Source: Deltaproteobacteria bacterium (GTDB lineage Bacteria; Bdellovibrionota; FAC87; UBA2466). Taken from it: a stretch of DNA of 64,000 nt. Below are positions 53,743 to 62,725 of the stretch, piece by piece. Position 1 is the first letter of the stretch. Each line of letters begins with the position of its first letter. The notes beneath the pieces were generated by a model that was not told the origin of the DNA, did not search any database, and worked only from the letters and a program-made list of their open reading frames with translations. The stretch lies in contig JACPWY010000055.1 in the NCBI GenBank assembly GCA_016196825.1, forward strand, positions 70 to 64,069, in the 5' to 3' direction. A program made the translations under genes and the position numbers.

Positions 53743-54302
53743 CAGCGGGCCCGGGGCAGTCCGCGCAGCTCCTCCTGGAAGTAGTGCCTCTATTGGACCG
53801 GTTGGCCATTCCTCACGCAATCGTGGGTGCACTCGCTGCCTCCTACTTCGGTGTCGTGCGAGGAAGTCTAGACGCCGATGCGATTATTTCAGTGAGCGGT
53901 CCCACCACACGGATCGATCAGCTGGTACTTTCACTCAAGAAGCTTGGGCTTTCAGTAAGCTTACGGATGGGAGACCCATCCGATCCGCTCATTGGGGTGA
54001 TTTCGCTCGAAGATTCTCACCACAATCGTGTCGATCTGATTCTTGGCATACGAGGAATGGATCCCGCTGCATTCTCAAGAGTCGTCGAGACCAGCCTACT
54101 CGGATCGACGATCCGGATCATTGGGATCGAGGATTTCATAGCAATGAAACTCTTCGCGGGCGGCCCAATCGATCTCAATGACGTCCGCGGCGTTCTTGAG
54201 ATTTCCCGCTCAATGATCAAAATGGATCTCCTCAGACAACTCGCAATTCATTTTGGCCCACAGACGCGCGCCTCTCTCGAAACTCTCCTCACAGAGAAAT
54301 AG
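53739..54302 (+). CDS. nucleotidyltransferase-fold protein (DUF6036/MNT-like, TA-associated family)
   Basis: AIVGALAASYFGVVRGSLDADAII (G-x-x...D-x-D NTase core) and IIGIEDFIAMKLFAGGPIDLNDVRGVL (the KL.AgR.kDl.Dv motif typical of this family). Confidence 0.6.
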   Translation: MTAGPGQSAQLLLEVVPLLDRLAIPHAIVGALAASYFGVVRGSLDADAIISVSGPTTRIDQLVLSLKKLGLSVSLRMGDPSDPLIGVISLEDSHHNRVDLILGIRGMDPAAFSRVVETSLLGSTIRIIGIEDFIAMKLFAGGPIDLNDVRGVLEISRSMIKMDLLRQLAIHFGPQTRASLETLLTEK

Positions 54303-54326
54303 GGCCCCGTACTCACAGCACTAGAC

Positions 54327-54764
54327 TCACTCCCCGATATCCTCATTCCACAGCTCGGGGGAGCGCACTATAAATACGCGCATGAGCTCGATGCAGCGGG
54401 AGTCATCGACAATCGTCAGCTCCACGCCGCGGCTTTTCACATAGTCCTCCGGCCCCTGGAACGATCGGTTCTCACCGATCACGATGCGGGGGATCTTATA
54501 AAGCAGCGCCGTTCCGCTGCACATGTCACAGGGCGAAAGCGTCGAGTAAAGAACCGCGTGCTGATAGTCGCGCGCTTTCAAGCGGCCCGCGTTTTCAAGA
54601 CAATCCATCTCAGCGTGCAAAATCGAGCTTCCCTTTTGCACCCGGCGGTTGTGACCACGCCCCACAATCTTTCCGCCGAGGACCAGCACCGACCCAATAG
54701 GAATGCCGCCCTCTTTCAGACCCAGCTCCGCCTCTTCAATAGCCGCTTTCAAAAACTCGCTCAT
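54327..54764 (-). CDS. cytosine deaminase, yeast FCY1-type (CMP/dCMP zinc deaminase fold)
   Basis: GHNRRVQKGSSILHAEMDCLENAGRL...LYSTLSPCDMCSGTALLYKIPRIVIGEN aligns almost residue-for-residue with my memory of Fcy1 (GHNMRFQKGSATLHGEISTLENCGRL...LYTTLSPCDMCTGAIIMYGIPRCVVGEN). Confidence 0.85.
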   Translation of the reverse strand: MSEFLKAAIEEAELGLKEGGIPIGSVLVLGGKIVGRGHNRRVQKGSSILHAEMDCLENAGRLKARDYQHAVLYSTLSPCDMCSGTALLYKIPRIVIGENRSFQGPEDYVKSRGVELTIVDDSRCIELMRVFIVRSPELWNEDIGE

Positions 54765-55426
54765 ATCAACAGGTCCTCAAAGAAAGCTCCACACCCGGTC
54801 TTCGGATCGTAGAGCTGGATCTCCAGAATCCACCGCCCTTCGGTGGGGACAAAATCGATCTCCCAAAGTCCGTGGTTGAAGTACTGGCGATGAGAAAACT
54901 CCGACAGGCGGTGCCCATCCACATCGGTCTTGAGCTCAAAGCCCTCACCTCGCGCCTGACCACTCAGCCACTCGTAGAGCTGTCGTCCTTTGGGGCGCTC
55001 GGCCTTCCAATGGTCGCAACCTTTTCTGTAAAGAGACGCGGCGGTTCGCGCCAAATGGTCGAGGTCATCGCTCTTCCCGACGGTGAAGGTCTCGCCGATA
55101 TCCCCTTCATACTCGACGCCATCGATCACCCAATTCGGACCCAGGTCGAGAAAGAAGATGTCATCCTTTTGCAATATCGATCGCACCCTCTGGTTCTCGT
55201 TGAACTTATAGATCGTGTTCTTCCCGACCCGCACCACCGGCCGGTGCCACGCCCGTGGCGAGCCCATCCGCTGCATGTGACTGACAGCTATTTCAACGAT
55301 GGCAATCTCATCCATTCCCGGCCGCACCTCGGCCGCTATCTCATTCAATGCCCGGCGGGACAAATCCTGCGCCTTGATAAGGCCCGCCAATTGGAATACG
55401 TCCCCTGATCTCTCGAGAGGGTTCAC
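54761..55426 (-). CDS. M24-like (pita-bread fold) metallohydrolase, catalytic domain only
   Basis: IFFLDLGPNWVIDGVEYEGDIGETFTVG (D...D metal ligands), DGHRLSEF (His), LEIQL and FFEDLL (Glu ligands). 221 aa with no N-terminal creatinase/prolidase domain. 4-nt overlaps on both sides. Confidence 0.65.
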   Translation of the reverse strand: MNPLERSGDVFQLAGLIKAQDLSRRALNEIAAEVRPGMDEIAIVEIAVSHMQRMGSPRAWHRPVVRVGKNTIYKFNENQRVRSILQKDDIFFLDLGPNWVIDGVEYEGDIGETFTVGKSDDLDHLARTAASLYRKGCDHWKAERPKGRQLYEWLSGQARGEGFELKTDVDGHRLSEFSHRQYFNHGLWEIDFVPTEGRWILEIQLYDPKTGCGAFFEDLLI

Positions 55427-56772
55427 AACATCGCCTCCACCAGCTTCTTAGCCCGCGCAATGTCGACATCCTCAGCAATCTCGATCCCATCGCACAGCTC
55501 ATCCAGAATTTTTTGCTGAATGAGCCCCTTCTCATAGGCCTCCCGGTACGGCGTGCGCGTGAACGACACCAGCGTGTAGCGCGGCACATACCGGCTCGGA
55601 AAGGCCGCTTGGAGCAGACGCTCCACCTTTTTCTCGAGTTGAAATCTTGTATCGGCCACCTTGTCGCGCATCTCGATAAAGTTCTCGATCGCCATGTCGG
55701 CTATTGCATCGGCGTTGGATTTGCGGCGCGAATAGAAATCATCAAAGGCCGCATCCCAATCCTCTCCCCACTTCTCAAGACACTCATTGAGGACGGAACA
55801 ATCCTCAAATCCGCAGTTCATCCCCTGCCCAAAAAACGGCACGATCGCATGGGCCGCGTCTCCCAGCAGAAGCACGCGACCCTTCACAAACCAGGGCCCC
55901 GCCTTTACGGTCACCATCTTCCCGGTCGGGTGGCCAAAGAACTCTTCGGTCAGATTTGGAATGTGATCCAAAGCATCCACGAACTGACTCTCAAAGAAAC
56001 TCTCAACGGCTGCCTTATCATTCAGCGCCGCGAAGCTCCTCTCCCCCTCAAAGGGCAAAAAGAGCGTGCAGGTGAAGCTCCCCTCTTCATTGGGAAGCGC
56101 AATGAGCATGTCCTTCCCGCGCGGCCAGATGTGAAGCGCGTTCTTTTCGATCGCAAACCCGCCCCCCGGAAGTGCTGGCATGACGACCTCTTTATAACCG
56201 TGGCTCAAATGCGATTCGCTCGTGTCGACTCCCATCGAGTCGCGCATCGCATGCCGAATCACCGACGCCGAGCCATCCGTGCCGAGAATCCGTTCATACG
56301 TCGCCTCTCGCCTTTTCCCGTCCCGCTCGCTCATGATCTGAAGAGTATTGGTCTCAAAATCGATTCCGGTCACCGTGGAATAAAATTGAAACCGCACGCG
56401 CCCCGTCTTTTCCGCCCCCGTCATCAACATCTTATTGAGCCCATTACGCGAAACGGAATTGATGCACTGGCCACTCGCTCCGTAAGGTTGAAACTGGTTC
56501 CGGCCGTCGAGCATGTGGACCATCCGCCCTGGCATCTGGATAATGTGCGGCAAAACTTCGTCTTTGAGCCCAATTTCTTCGAGCGCGTGAAGACCACGCA
56601 CCGAAATCGCCAAGTTGATTGAACGCCCTTCGCCCACCGACTCCCGACGCATGTCTCCGCGCCGCTCAAACACATCGCTCTGAAATCCCCTCCGCGCCAA
56701 GTAGGTTGCCAGCACCGACCCCACAAGGCCCCCGCCCACAATCGCAATAGGCGCTGTCACAGGTGTCGCCAT
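55423..56772 (-). CDS. kmo: kynurenine 3-monooxygenase (FAD-dependent)
   Basis: Rossmann IAIVGGGLVGSVLATYLARRGF..DVFERR, GRSINLAISVRGLHALEEIGL, LLGDAAHAIVPFFGQGMNCGFEDC. Start is ATG 56772 (alternative ATG 56793). Confidence 0.85.
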   Translation of the reverse strand: MATPVTAPIAIVGGGLVGSVLATYLARRGFQSDVFERRGDMRRESVGEGRSINLAISVRGLHALEEIGLKDEVLPHIIQMPGRMVHMLDGRNQFQPYGASGQCINSVSRNGLNKMLMTGAEKTGRVRFQFYSTVTGIDFETNTLQIMSERDGKRREATYERILGTDGSASVIRHAMRDSMGVDTSESHLSHGYKEVVMPALPGGGFAIEKNALHIWPRGKDMLIALPNEEGSFTCTLFLPFEGERSFAALNDKAAVESFFESQFVDALDHIPNLTEEFFGHPTGKMVTVKAGPWFVKGRVLLLGDAAHAIVPFFGQGMNCGFEDCSVLNECLEKWGEDWDAAFDDFYSRRKSNADAIADMAIENFIEMRDKVADTRFQLEKKVERLLQAAFPSRYVPRYTLVSFTRTPYREAYEKGLIQQKILDELCDGIEIAEDVDIARAKKLVEAML

Positions 56773-57974
56773 AGCTCCTCCGAAAAGTGCCATACATCTT
56801 CATAAGAATTGTAAAATGGCACCGGCGCCACCCGAATCACATCCGGGAAGCGGAAATCAGCGATAATCCCTTGCGCCTTCATGGCCCTCACGACCGCCTC
56901 AGCGCTCTTGTGGCGAAAAGACAACTGAGAACCCCGGCGGGCTGATTCGCGCGGCGTGAGAAGCTCGGCCTCAGGATTCAGGAATTCCATAAACGCCGTG
57001 AGGCGCTCGCTCTTCTTACGGATCTCACCCATCCCTGCTTCATCAAAGAGCGAAAGCGACGCCCTTAGCGCTGCGGCCTGAAAAATAGGCGGATTGGAAA
57101 CCTGCCAACGCTCGACCGTGGGAATGGGCTTGAAACCATCCGTCATAAGAAATCGGCTCTTTTTGTCATGGCCCCACCAACCCGCACACTGCGGAACATC
57201 CGCCGCATGATGCTTCTCATGAACAAAGCAGCCCGCAATCGCGCCTGGGCCTGCGTTGAGGTATTTGTACGAGCACCAAACCGCAAAATCGATCTCCCAA
57301 TCATGGAGATTCAAAGAAAGATTTCCGATCCCATGCGCTAGATCGACTCCAAAAACCACACCCGCCTTCTGAGTCGCCCGAGCCACGGCCTCGAGGTCAA
57401 ACGCCCGGCCCGTGATGTAGTTCGGCTGGCCCAAAATCACGAGAGCGATCTTTTCGCCGTTCTCCTCGATAAACCGAATGATCTCGGAATCGCTCTCGGT
57501 TTTAAGCCGCACCACCGCCTTCGCAAATCCATGAAACTCAGCCTGGGACTGCACCGCATAACGATCCGATGAAAACGCGCCATCCTCGATCACAATCCAA
57601 TGGCGATCGGTCGTGGGCCTATAGAATGACACCATCATCAAATGAAGATTCACCGTGAGCGAATTCATCGCTACGACTTCACTCGGTCGCGCCCCCGTGA
57701 GCCGGCAGAGCGGCTCCGTCAAAAACTCATGGTACGGCAGCCAGGGGAATTTCCCTTTGAGGTGCCCCTCGACGCCGAGTGTCCGCCACTGCTCGAGTTC
57801 CGCTTCAAGATACCGCTTCGTCTCGATGGGCTCCAAACCCAAGGAGTTGCCGGTCAGGTAGACCGTGTCCCTTCCCTGGTGTTGCGGCGTAAAAAACTTC
57901 GCGCGGAAACGCGCCAGGGGATCCTGCCGATCCAGCTCCTGGGCACACGCCAGGCTCTTTTCAAAAGGCTTCAT
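56757..57974 (-). CDS. kynU: kynureninase
   Basis: VYLTGNSLGL, DLAHGIGNLSLNLHDWEIDFAVWCSYKYLNAGPG (PLP Lys context), PDVIRVAPVPFYNSYEDV. ATGA overlap with the ACMSD stop. Confidence 0.9.
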   Translation of the reverse strand: MKPFEKSLACAQELDRQDPLARFRAKFFTPQHQGRDTVYLTGNSLGLEPIETKRYLEAELEQWRTLGVEGHLKGKFPWLPYHEFLTEPLCRLTGARPSEVVAMNSLTVNLHLMMVSFYRPTTDRHWIVIEDGAFSSDRYAVQSQAEFHGFAKAVVRLKTESDSEIIRFIEENGEKIALVILGQPNYITGRAFDLEAVARATQKAGVVFGVDLAHGIGNLSLNLHDWEIDFAVWCSYKYLNAGPGAIAGCFVHEKHHAADVPQCAGWWGHDKKSRFLMTDGFKPIPTVERWQVSNPPIFQAAALRASLSLFDEAGMGEIRKKSERLTAFMEFLNPEAELLTPRESARRGSQLSFRHKSAEAVVRAMKAQGIIADFRFPDVIRVAPVPFYNSYEDVWHFSEELWRHL

Positions 57975-58969
57975 GGCAGCCCCAGCCAGACACGAGCATT
58001 GCCGGCGAGCATTCCGGTCTTCTCTACCTCAGACAGATCGGACATCGACTGGATCATTTCACCCGGGCGAAGTTCACCCAGCGGAAACGGGTAGTCGGAC
58101 CCCAACAAAATCTTGTCGGCGCCAAAGACCTTCAGGCAATGGCGAAGAAGATCCGGAGCGTGGACTATCGAATCCACGAAAAAATGGCCCAAATATTTCT
58201 TGGGGTTCACGGGATTCTGCGTGGCTACAAGATCCGGTCTCGCGCTAAAGCCGTGTTCCATCCGACCATACACACTCGCAAAGCTCCCGCCCCCATGCGC
58301 GAAAGCCACCCGCAGCTTGGGGAATTTTTCAAACACACCGCCAAAGATGAAATGGGCGATGGCGAGCGCTGTTTCCGTCGGCATCCCGATGAGCCATGGC
58401 AACCAATACCGATCCATCCGCTCTTTCCCCAACATCTCCCAAGGGTGAACAAAGAGCGCCGCCCCCAGACGCTCAGCCTCCGCGTAAAAGGGAAATAACG
58501 ACGCATCATCGAGGCTACGACCATTGAAGTGGGTCCCGATCTGCACACCACTGAGTTTGAGATCCTTCACAACCCTTTGGAGCTCCAGCGTCGCCAGCTC
58601 GGCGTCCTGCAAAGGCACCGTCGCCAACCCCAAAAACCTCTTCGGGTGCTGGGCCACGACACCTGCCAGGTGATCGTTCAAGAAGCGCGCCACCTCGAGC
58701 GTGTCTCTTCCTTTGGCCCAATAGTTAAACATCACCGGAACCGTCGATAAAACTTGGGTGGCCACACCCTGAGCATCGCACTCTTCAACGCGACGTTTCG
58801 GATCCCAGCAGTTGTCCCCGACCTCGCGAAAGAATCGCCCGTCGTCATACACCATACGCGCGTTACACCCGGCCTTATGCTGCACCTCGATGAACCCTCC
58901 GTATCCAAAGCGCTCCGCAAAACGCGGCACCCTTTTGGGAAGGATGTGGGTGTGGACGTCGATCTTCAC
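57971..58969 (-). CDS. nbaD: 2-amino-3-carboxymuconate-6-semialdehyde decarboxylase (ACMSD, amidohydrolase_2)
   Basis: Start moved to GTG 58969 (GTGA overlap with the HAAO stop; GGAGAAGG upstream), giving (M)[11 protein letters not shown] as in known ACMSDs. Also ..VHPWEM.., ..FAHGGGSF.., [12 protein letters not shown]. Confidence 0.85.
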   Translation of the reverse strand: MKIDVHTHILPKRVPRFAERFGYGGFIEVQHKAGCNARMVYDDGRFFREVGDNCWDPKRRVEECDAQGVATQVLSTVPVMFNYWAKGRDTLEVARFLNDHLAGVVAQHPKRFLGLATVPLQDAELATLELQRVVKDLKLSGVQIGTHFNGRSLDDASLFPFYAEAERLGAALFVHPWEMLGKERMDRYWLPWLIGMPTETALAIAHFIFGGVFEKFPKLRVAFAHGGGSFASVYGRMEHGFSARPDLVATQNPVNPKKYLGHFFVDSIVHAPDLLRHCLKVFGADKILLGSDYPFPLGELRPGEMIQSMSDLSEVEKTGMLAGNARVWLGLP

Positions 58970-59481
58970 GCGGCCTTCTCCACCTTCGTTCCACACTGGG
59001 GACAGGTGCATTTCGCGGGATCGGAATAGAACCGGTCAAACACTGGCGGGAGCTGCGAGACGATGTTGGTGAGCCTGAAAAATTCATCGTAGAGGCGGGT
59101 ATTACAATTGGGGCAGTACCAGACAAAACCATCGAGTTCATGGGGCAGGCGTTTGCGCTCAACGACAAGCCCGACGGTGTTGGCCGGCCGCTGGGGGGAA
59201 TGCGGCACCTTTCGCGGCAGGAGATAGATCTCCCCCTGGCGAATGGGAATCTCGTAGGGCTTGCCCTCTTTCATGATTCGCAACGTGATGTCACCCTCGA
59301 TCTGATAAAAAAACTCCTCACCCTCATTCACATGGTAATCGGTTCGTCGGTTCGGCCCGCCCACCACCATAATGATGAACTCTCTGTCCTCCCACACCTG
59401 CTGATTGCCGACGGGCGGCTTGAGAAGGTGCCGGTGCTCATCGATCCACTTCTGAAAATTAATGGCCTGAAAAAACTCCAT
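58966..59481 (-). CDS. nbaC: 3-hydroxyanthranilate 3,4-dioxygenase
   Basis: Trimmed to ATG 59481. [53 protein letters not shown] (cupin with His/Glu ligands). C-terminal CPNC...CPQC rubredoxin-like site. Confidence 0.9.
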   Translation of the reverse strand: MEFFQAINFQKWIDEHRHLLKPPVGNQQVWEDREFIIMVVGGPNRRTDYHVNEGEEFFYQIEGDITLRIMKEGKPYEIPIRQGEIYLLPRKVPHSPQRPANTVGLVVERKRLPHELDGFVWYCPNCNTRLYDEFFRLTNIVSQLPPVFDRFYSDPAKCTCPQCGTKVEKAA

Positions 59482-59485
59482 CACG

Positions 59486-59914
59486 TCACTCCAAAGTCGC
59501 AATGCATTTCAGCTCGATCGCAATCGGCGTCGGGAGGCTTGTGATCCCGAGAGTGGTGCGGCACGGCTGGTGGGTTTTGAAATATTCACTATAGATCTTG
59601 TTATAGATCGGAAAATCGTCGCGCATGTTGGTGAGGTAGACCGTCACATCCACCAATCTGTCCCAACCGCTTCCGGCCTCCTCGAGAATCACCTTCACAT
59701 TGTGAAAGACCGAGTGACACTGCTGGGCGATGTCGTAGCTCGTAATCTTACCGTCAGGGCCAAGTGTCACGCCCGGAATCTCCTTTTTGCCTCGTTCGCG
59801 CGGCCCCACGCCCGACAGAAACAACAGGTTTCCCACCCGGCGCGCGTGCGGGTAGGCCCCCACCGGTTCCGGGGCTCGACTCGATCTCACCTCATCGGAC
59901 TTGAATGCAGACAT
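59486..59914 (-). CDS. RidA/YjgF-family deaminase (probable 2-aminomuconate deaminase)
   Basis: [25 protein letters not shown]...[10 protein letters not shown]...[21 protein letters not shown] is the RidA fold. Position matches nbaF-type genes. Confidence 0.75.
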   Translation of the reverse strand: MSAFKSDEVRSSRAPEPVGAYPHARRVGNLLFLSGVGPRERGKKEIPGVTLGPDGKITSYDIAQQCHSVFHNVKVILEEAGSGWDRLVDVTVYLTNMRDDFPIYNKIYSEYFKTHQPCRTTLGITSLPTPIAIELKCIATLE

Positions 59915-61376
59915 TTTTCGACTCCGTAAAGAATCTCATCGCCTCAAAACCACCCTCGCGCCCCAGTCCCGACTGTTTCACGCCGCCAAAAGGGGTGCGT
60001 AGGTCGCGCACCATCCAGCAGTTGCCCCACACCATCCCCACTTCAAGCCCCTGGCCAAATCGGTGGAGACGACCTGCGTCGGCGGTCCACACGCTCGCGG
60101 CAAGGCCATACACCGATTGGTTTGCAAGCCCCAACGCCTCGTTCTCCGTGTCAAAAGGAACCAGGGTGACGACAGGGCCAAAGATCTCCTCTTGGTTCGT
60201 ACGACAATCATTTTTCAAACCGGTAATGACGGTCGGCTCGATAAACCACCCCTTCGCGCAACGCCCCCGAGCGGCGAATCGCTGGCCCCCACAAAGAATT
60301 TTTCCGCCCTCTTTCCGAGCGAATTCCAGGTAGCCCATCACCTTCTTGAAATGGGTCTCCGAGACCACAGCGCCCTGGTCGGTGGCTTCGTCGTCGGGAT
60401 CTCCAACGCGCAATCGCTGAACGCGCTCGACAAAACCTTGCGTGAATTTGTCAAAGAGCGACCGCTCAACAAGGATGCGCGATCCACAGAGACAGATCTG
60501 CCCCTGGTTGGAGAAGCCGGCCCGCACACACTCGCTCAACGTCCGATCAAAATCACAGTCGGCAAAAACAATTGTCGCATTCTTGCCCCCCATCTCAAGC
60601 GACACCTTCTTGAAATCCTTCGCGACCGCTTCACTGATAGCTCGCCCGGTCGCCGTGCTGCCGGTGAAGGTTACTGCCTTAACGTCGGGGTGAGTCACAA
60701 GCGGAGATCCCACTCGAGGTCCGCTGCCGTGAACGATGTTGAGAACGCCCGCAGGAAACCCCATTTCACTCGCGAGTTTTCCCAGAAGTCCCGCGGTCAA
60801 TGGCGTTATTTCCGAGGGCTTTGCGACCACGCAATTCCCGGCAGCCAAAGCCGGCGCGATCTTCCAAGTGAACAGATAAAGCGGCAGGTTCCACGGAGAG
60901 ATCGCCCCCACTACCCCCAAAGGCTTTCTCAGCGTGTAATGGATCGCATCCCCCGAGGCGTGGCTTTCCGACGCAAACTGGGTTGCCACGTCAGCGAAGA
61001 ATTCGAAATTGAGAATGCTCCGGGGGATGTCCACCGACCGCGCCACTGAGCGGGGCTTGCCCGTGTTTTGGCTTTCCGCTTCTGCCATGAGCTCGAGGTT
61101 ATCACTGATTGAGGTCGCCAGGCGCCGGAGCCATCGGCCCCGTTCCTGTGCGGAGAGTGCACTCCAGAAGGGGAATGCATGCCGCGCGGCCTCTATCGCA
61201 TTCGCCACGTCGGCCGCGCCGGAATCGGGCGCGTTCCCCAAAACCGCCCCCGCGGCCGGCTCAAAAAACGGGAGCGTCCCACCCTCGGTCGCGGGCACGA
61301 GCTTGCCATCGATAAGATTCAAAACTGACTGCACGCGACTAGTTTTGTCGGGGGAGGCACGAAGTGCAAGGGACAA
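59892..61376 (-). CDS. nbaE: 2-aminomuconate-6-semialdehyde dehydrogenase (ALDH superfamily)
   Basis: ISPWNLPLYLFTWKIAPALAAGN, LEMGGKNA, GFSNQGQICLCGSR (catalytic Cys), EEIFGPV. Pathway context supports the call. Confidence 0.85.
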   Translation of the reverse strand: MSLALRASPDKTSRVQSVLNLIDGKLVPATEGGTLPFFEPAAGAVLGNAPDSGAADVANAIEAARHAFPFWSALSAQERGRWLRRLATSISDNLELMAEAESQNTGKPRSVARSVDIPRSILNFEFFADVATQFASESHASGDAIHYTLRKPLGVVGAISPWNLPLYLFTWKIAPALAAGNCVVAKPSEITPLTAGLLGKLASEMGFPAGVLNIVHGSGPRVGSPLVTHPDVKAVTFTGSTATGRAISEAVAKDFKKVSLEMGGKNATIVFADCDFDRTLSECVRAGFSNQGQICLCGSRILVERSLFDKFTQGFVERVQRLRVGDPDDEATDQGAVVSETHFKKVMGYLEFARKEGGKILCGGQRFAARGRCAKGWFIEPTVITGLKNDCRTNQEEIFGPVVTLVPFDTENEALGLANQSVYGLAASVWTADAGRLHRFGQGLEVGMVWGNCWMVRDLRTPFGGVKQSGLGREGGFEAMRFFTESKNVCIQVR

Positions 61377-61411
61377 GTTGTGACTGAAAGCTCAGACGGT
61401 TAGGGGCTGCC

Positions 61412-62530
61412 TCAGGGAAACTCCATGGCCCACCAGGTCTGGAAGAGTGTGCAGGGGGCGCCGCCGCCACAGACATTGCCGCCGCCGTGGCTGTTGCCGC
61501 CGTTACCCTTGATGACAAGCAGATTATTGGTGGCCGAGCCACCCTGGTTCTTGGCGGGAAGACTTAAGTGGTCATAGTACATCGATTCGTAATCGTTGAA
61601 GGTGCTGTGACACGTCAAACAGCTTCCGATGCCGTTCTTCACCGTATTGTTGAAATAGTTCGTCCCCGCTGTCGTCGGCGAGTAGAGGAGATAATTGTAC
61701 GGACTCTTCGACAGAACTGAGGCCGTGCCGCCGCTTAAGCTCGGCGCGTCTGTGAAAAGGGTGTGGTTAGTCCCGTTGCGATACGCGGCTGGAATCTGGA
61801 AATTGAAGCCGTGATTACCGGAAAAGCCCGACGGCGGCGTCGCCAGATTCGCGGTCGTCGATCCGATGAGCGTCCCGGTCCCTTTGGGCCCATCGATATA
61901 GAAATTGATCACAACCGGTGAGGTCTGGGCCCCGATGTCGACCGCCCACCCCAGCACCTGGCCCCGGTTAGTCATGAGGGTGATTTGGCCGATAGGAGAC
62001 GAGCTCGTCACACCACCGCGTGAAGCCACCTCTTTCGCCCACCAGATCTTCACCTCGAAGCATGGCGAGTTGTTGCTACTCCCTGAACAGACGTCTCCGC
62101 CGGTGTGGGCAATCTGATTTCGCATTCGGCTCATCAGGGAATTTGTATCGGGGCTCGATCCGTTGAGAAGCTGGGCCACCATCTTGTCATAAGAATAGAT
62201 CGTCAGACCGCCCGAACCGCCAAAGCGCGGGTCGTTGTGACAGCTCGTGCATTGCGCCTGAAACGAAAGAGCCACCGTGTTGGCGAAATAGGAGGAGGGA
62301 GAATTCGGATCGCCCCCAATAGCCCCACCGCCCCCTGACCCATTTCCGGACCCAGAACCAGTGGACCCATTGCCCCCAGCCGCACTCCCCAGCTGCGAGG
62401 GAAACCGAAACCCGCAGCCCGAAAGGGCCACCAGGACGCAAATGGCCAGGATAGCAGTAACTTGAGAGTACTTCGTGTGAGTGGGCACGCCCCTAATAAG
62501 TGCAATCCCCAGGCCCAAACGCCCACGCAC
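61412..62530 (-). CDS. lipoprotein with two CxxCH motifs (PSCyt-like putative c-type heme sites) flanking an Ig-like middle domain
   Basis: Lipobox AICVLVALSGC, a Gly/Ser linker, FQAQCTSCHNDPRFGGSGGLTIYS and IGSCLTCHSTFNDYE. Only 35 nt separate it from the downstream kynurenine-pathway genes. Confidence 0.6.
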   Translation of the reverse strand: MRGRLGLGIALIRGVPTHTKYSQVTAILAICVLVALSGCGFRFPSQLGSAAGGNGSTGSGSGNGSGGGGAIGGDPNSPSSYFANTVALSFQAQCTSCHNDPRFGGSGGLTIYSYDKMVAQLLNGSSPDTNSLMSRMRNQIAHTGGDVCSGSSNNSPCFEVKIWWAKEVASRGGVTSSSPIGQITLMTNRGQVLGWAVDIGAQTSPVVINFYIDGPKGTGTLIGSTTANLATPPSGFSGNHGFNFQIPAAYRNGTNHTLFTDAPSLSGGTASVLSKSPYNYLLYSPTTAGTNYFNNTVKNGIGSCLTCHSTFNDYESMYYDHLSLPAKNQGGSATNNLLVIKGNGGNSHGGGNVCGGGAPCTLFQTWWAMEFP

Positions 62531-62725
62531 ACAACAATCGCCAATTTCATAATCGCCTGTCTAAATTCTAGACACCTGTCAGGACCTTGGGCGAAGCGGT
62601 TTTTTTTCTCTTTTTTGTGCAAGTGGTTAATTGCTCGTTGCGCCGCACGCCAAGGGCAGGCCGCGTCTCCATTGAGATTGCCCCAGCGTAATTGACCTTC
62701 GATTGGTCGTGCAGCTCTATCTGGG

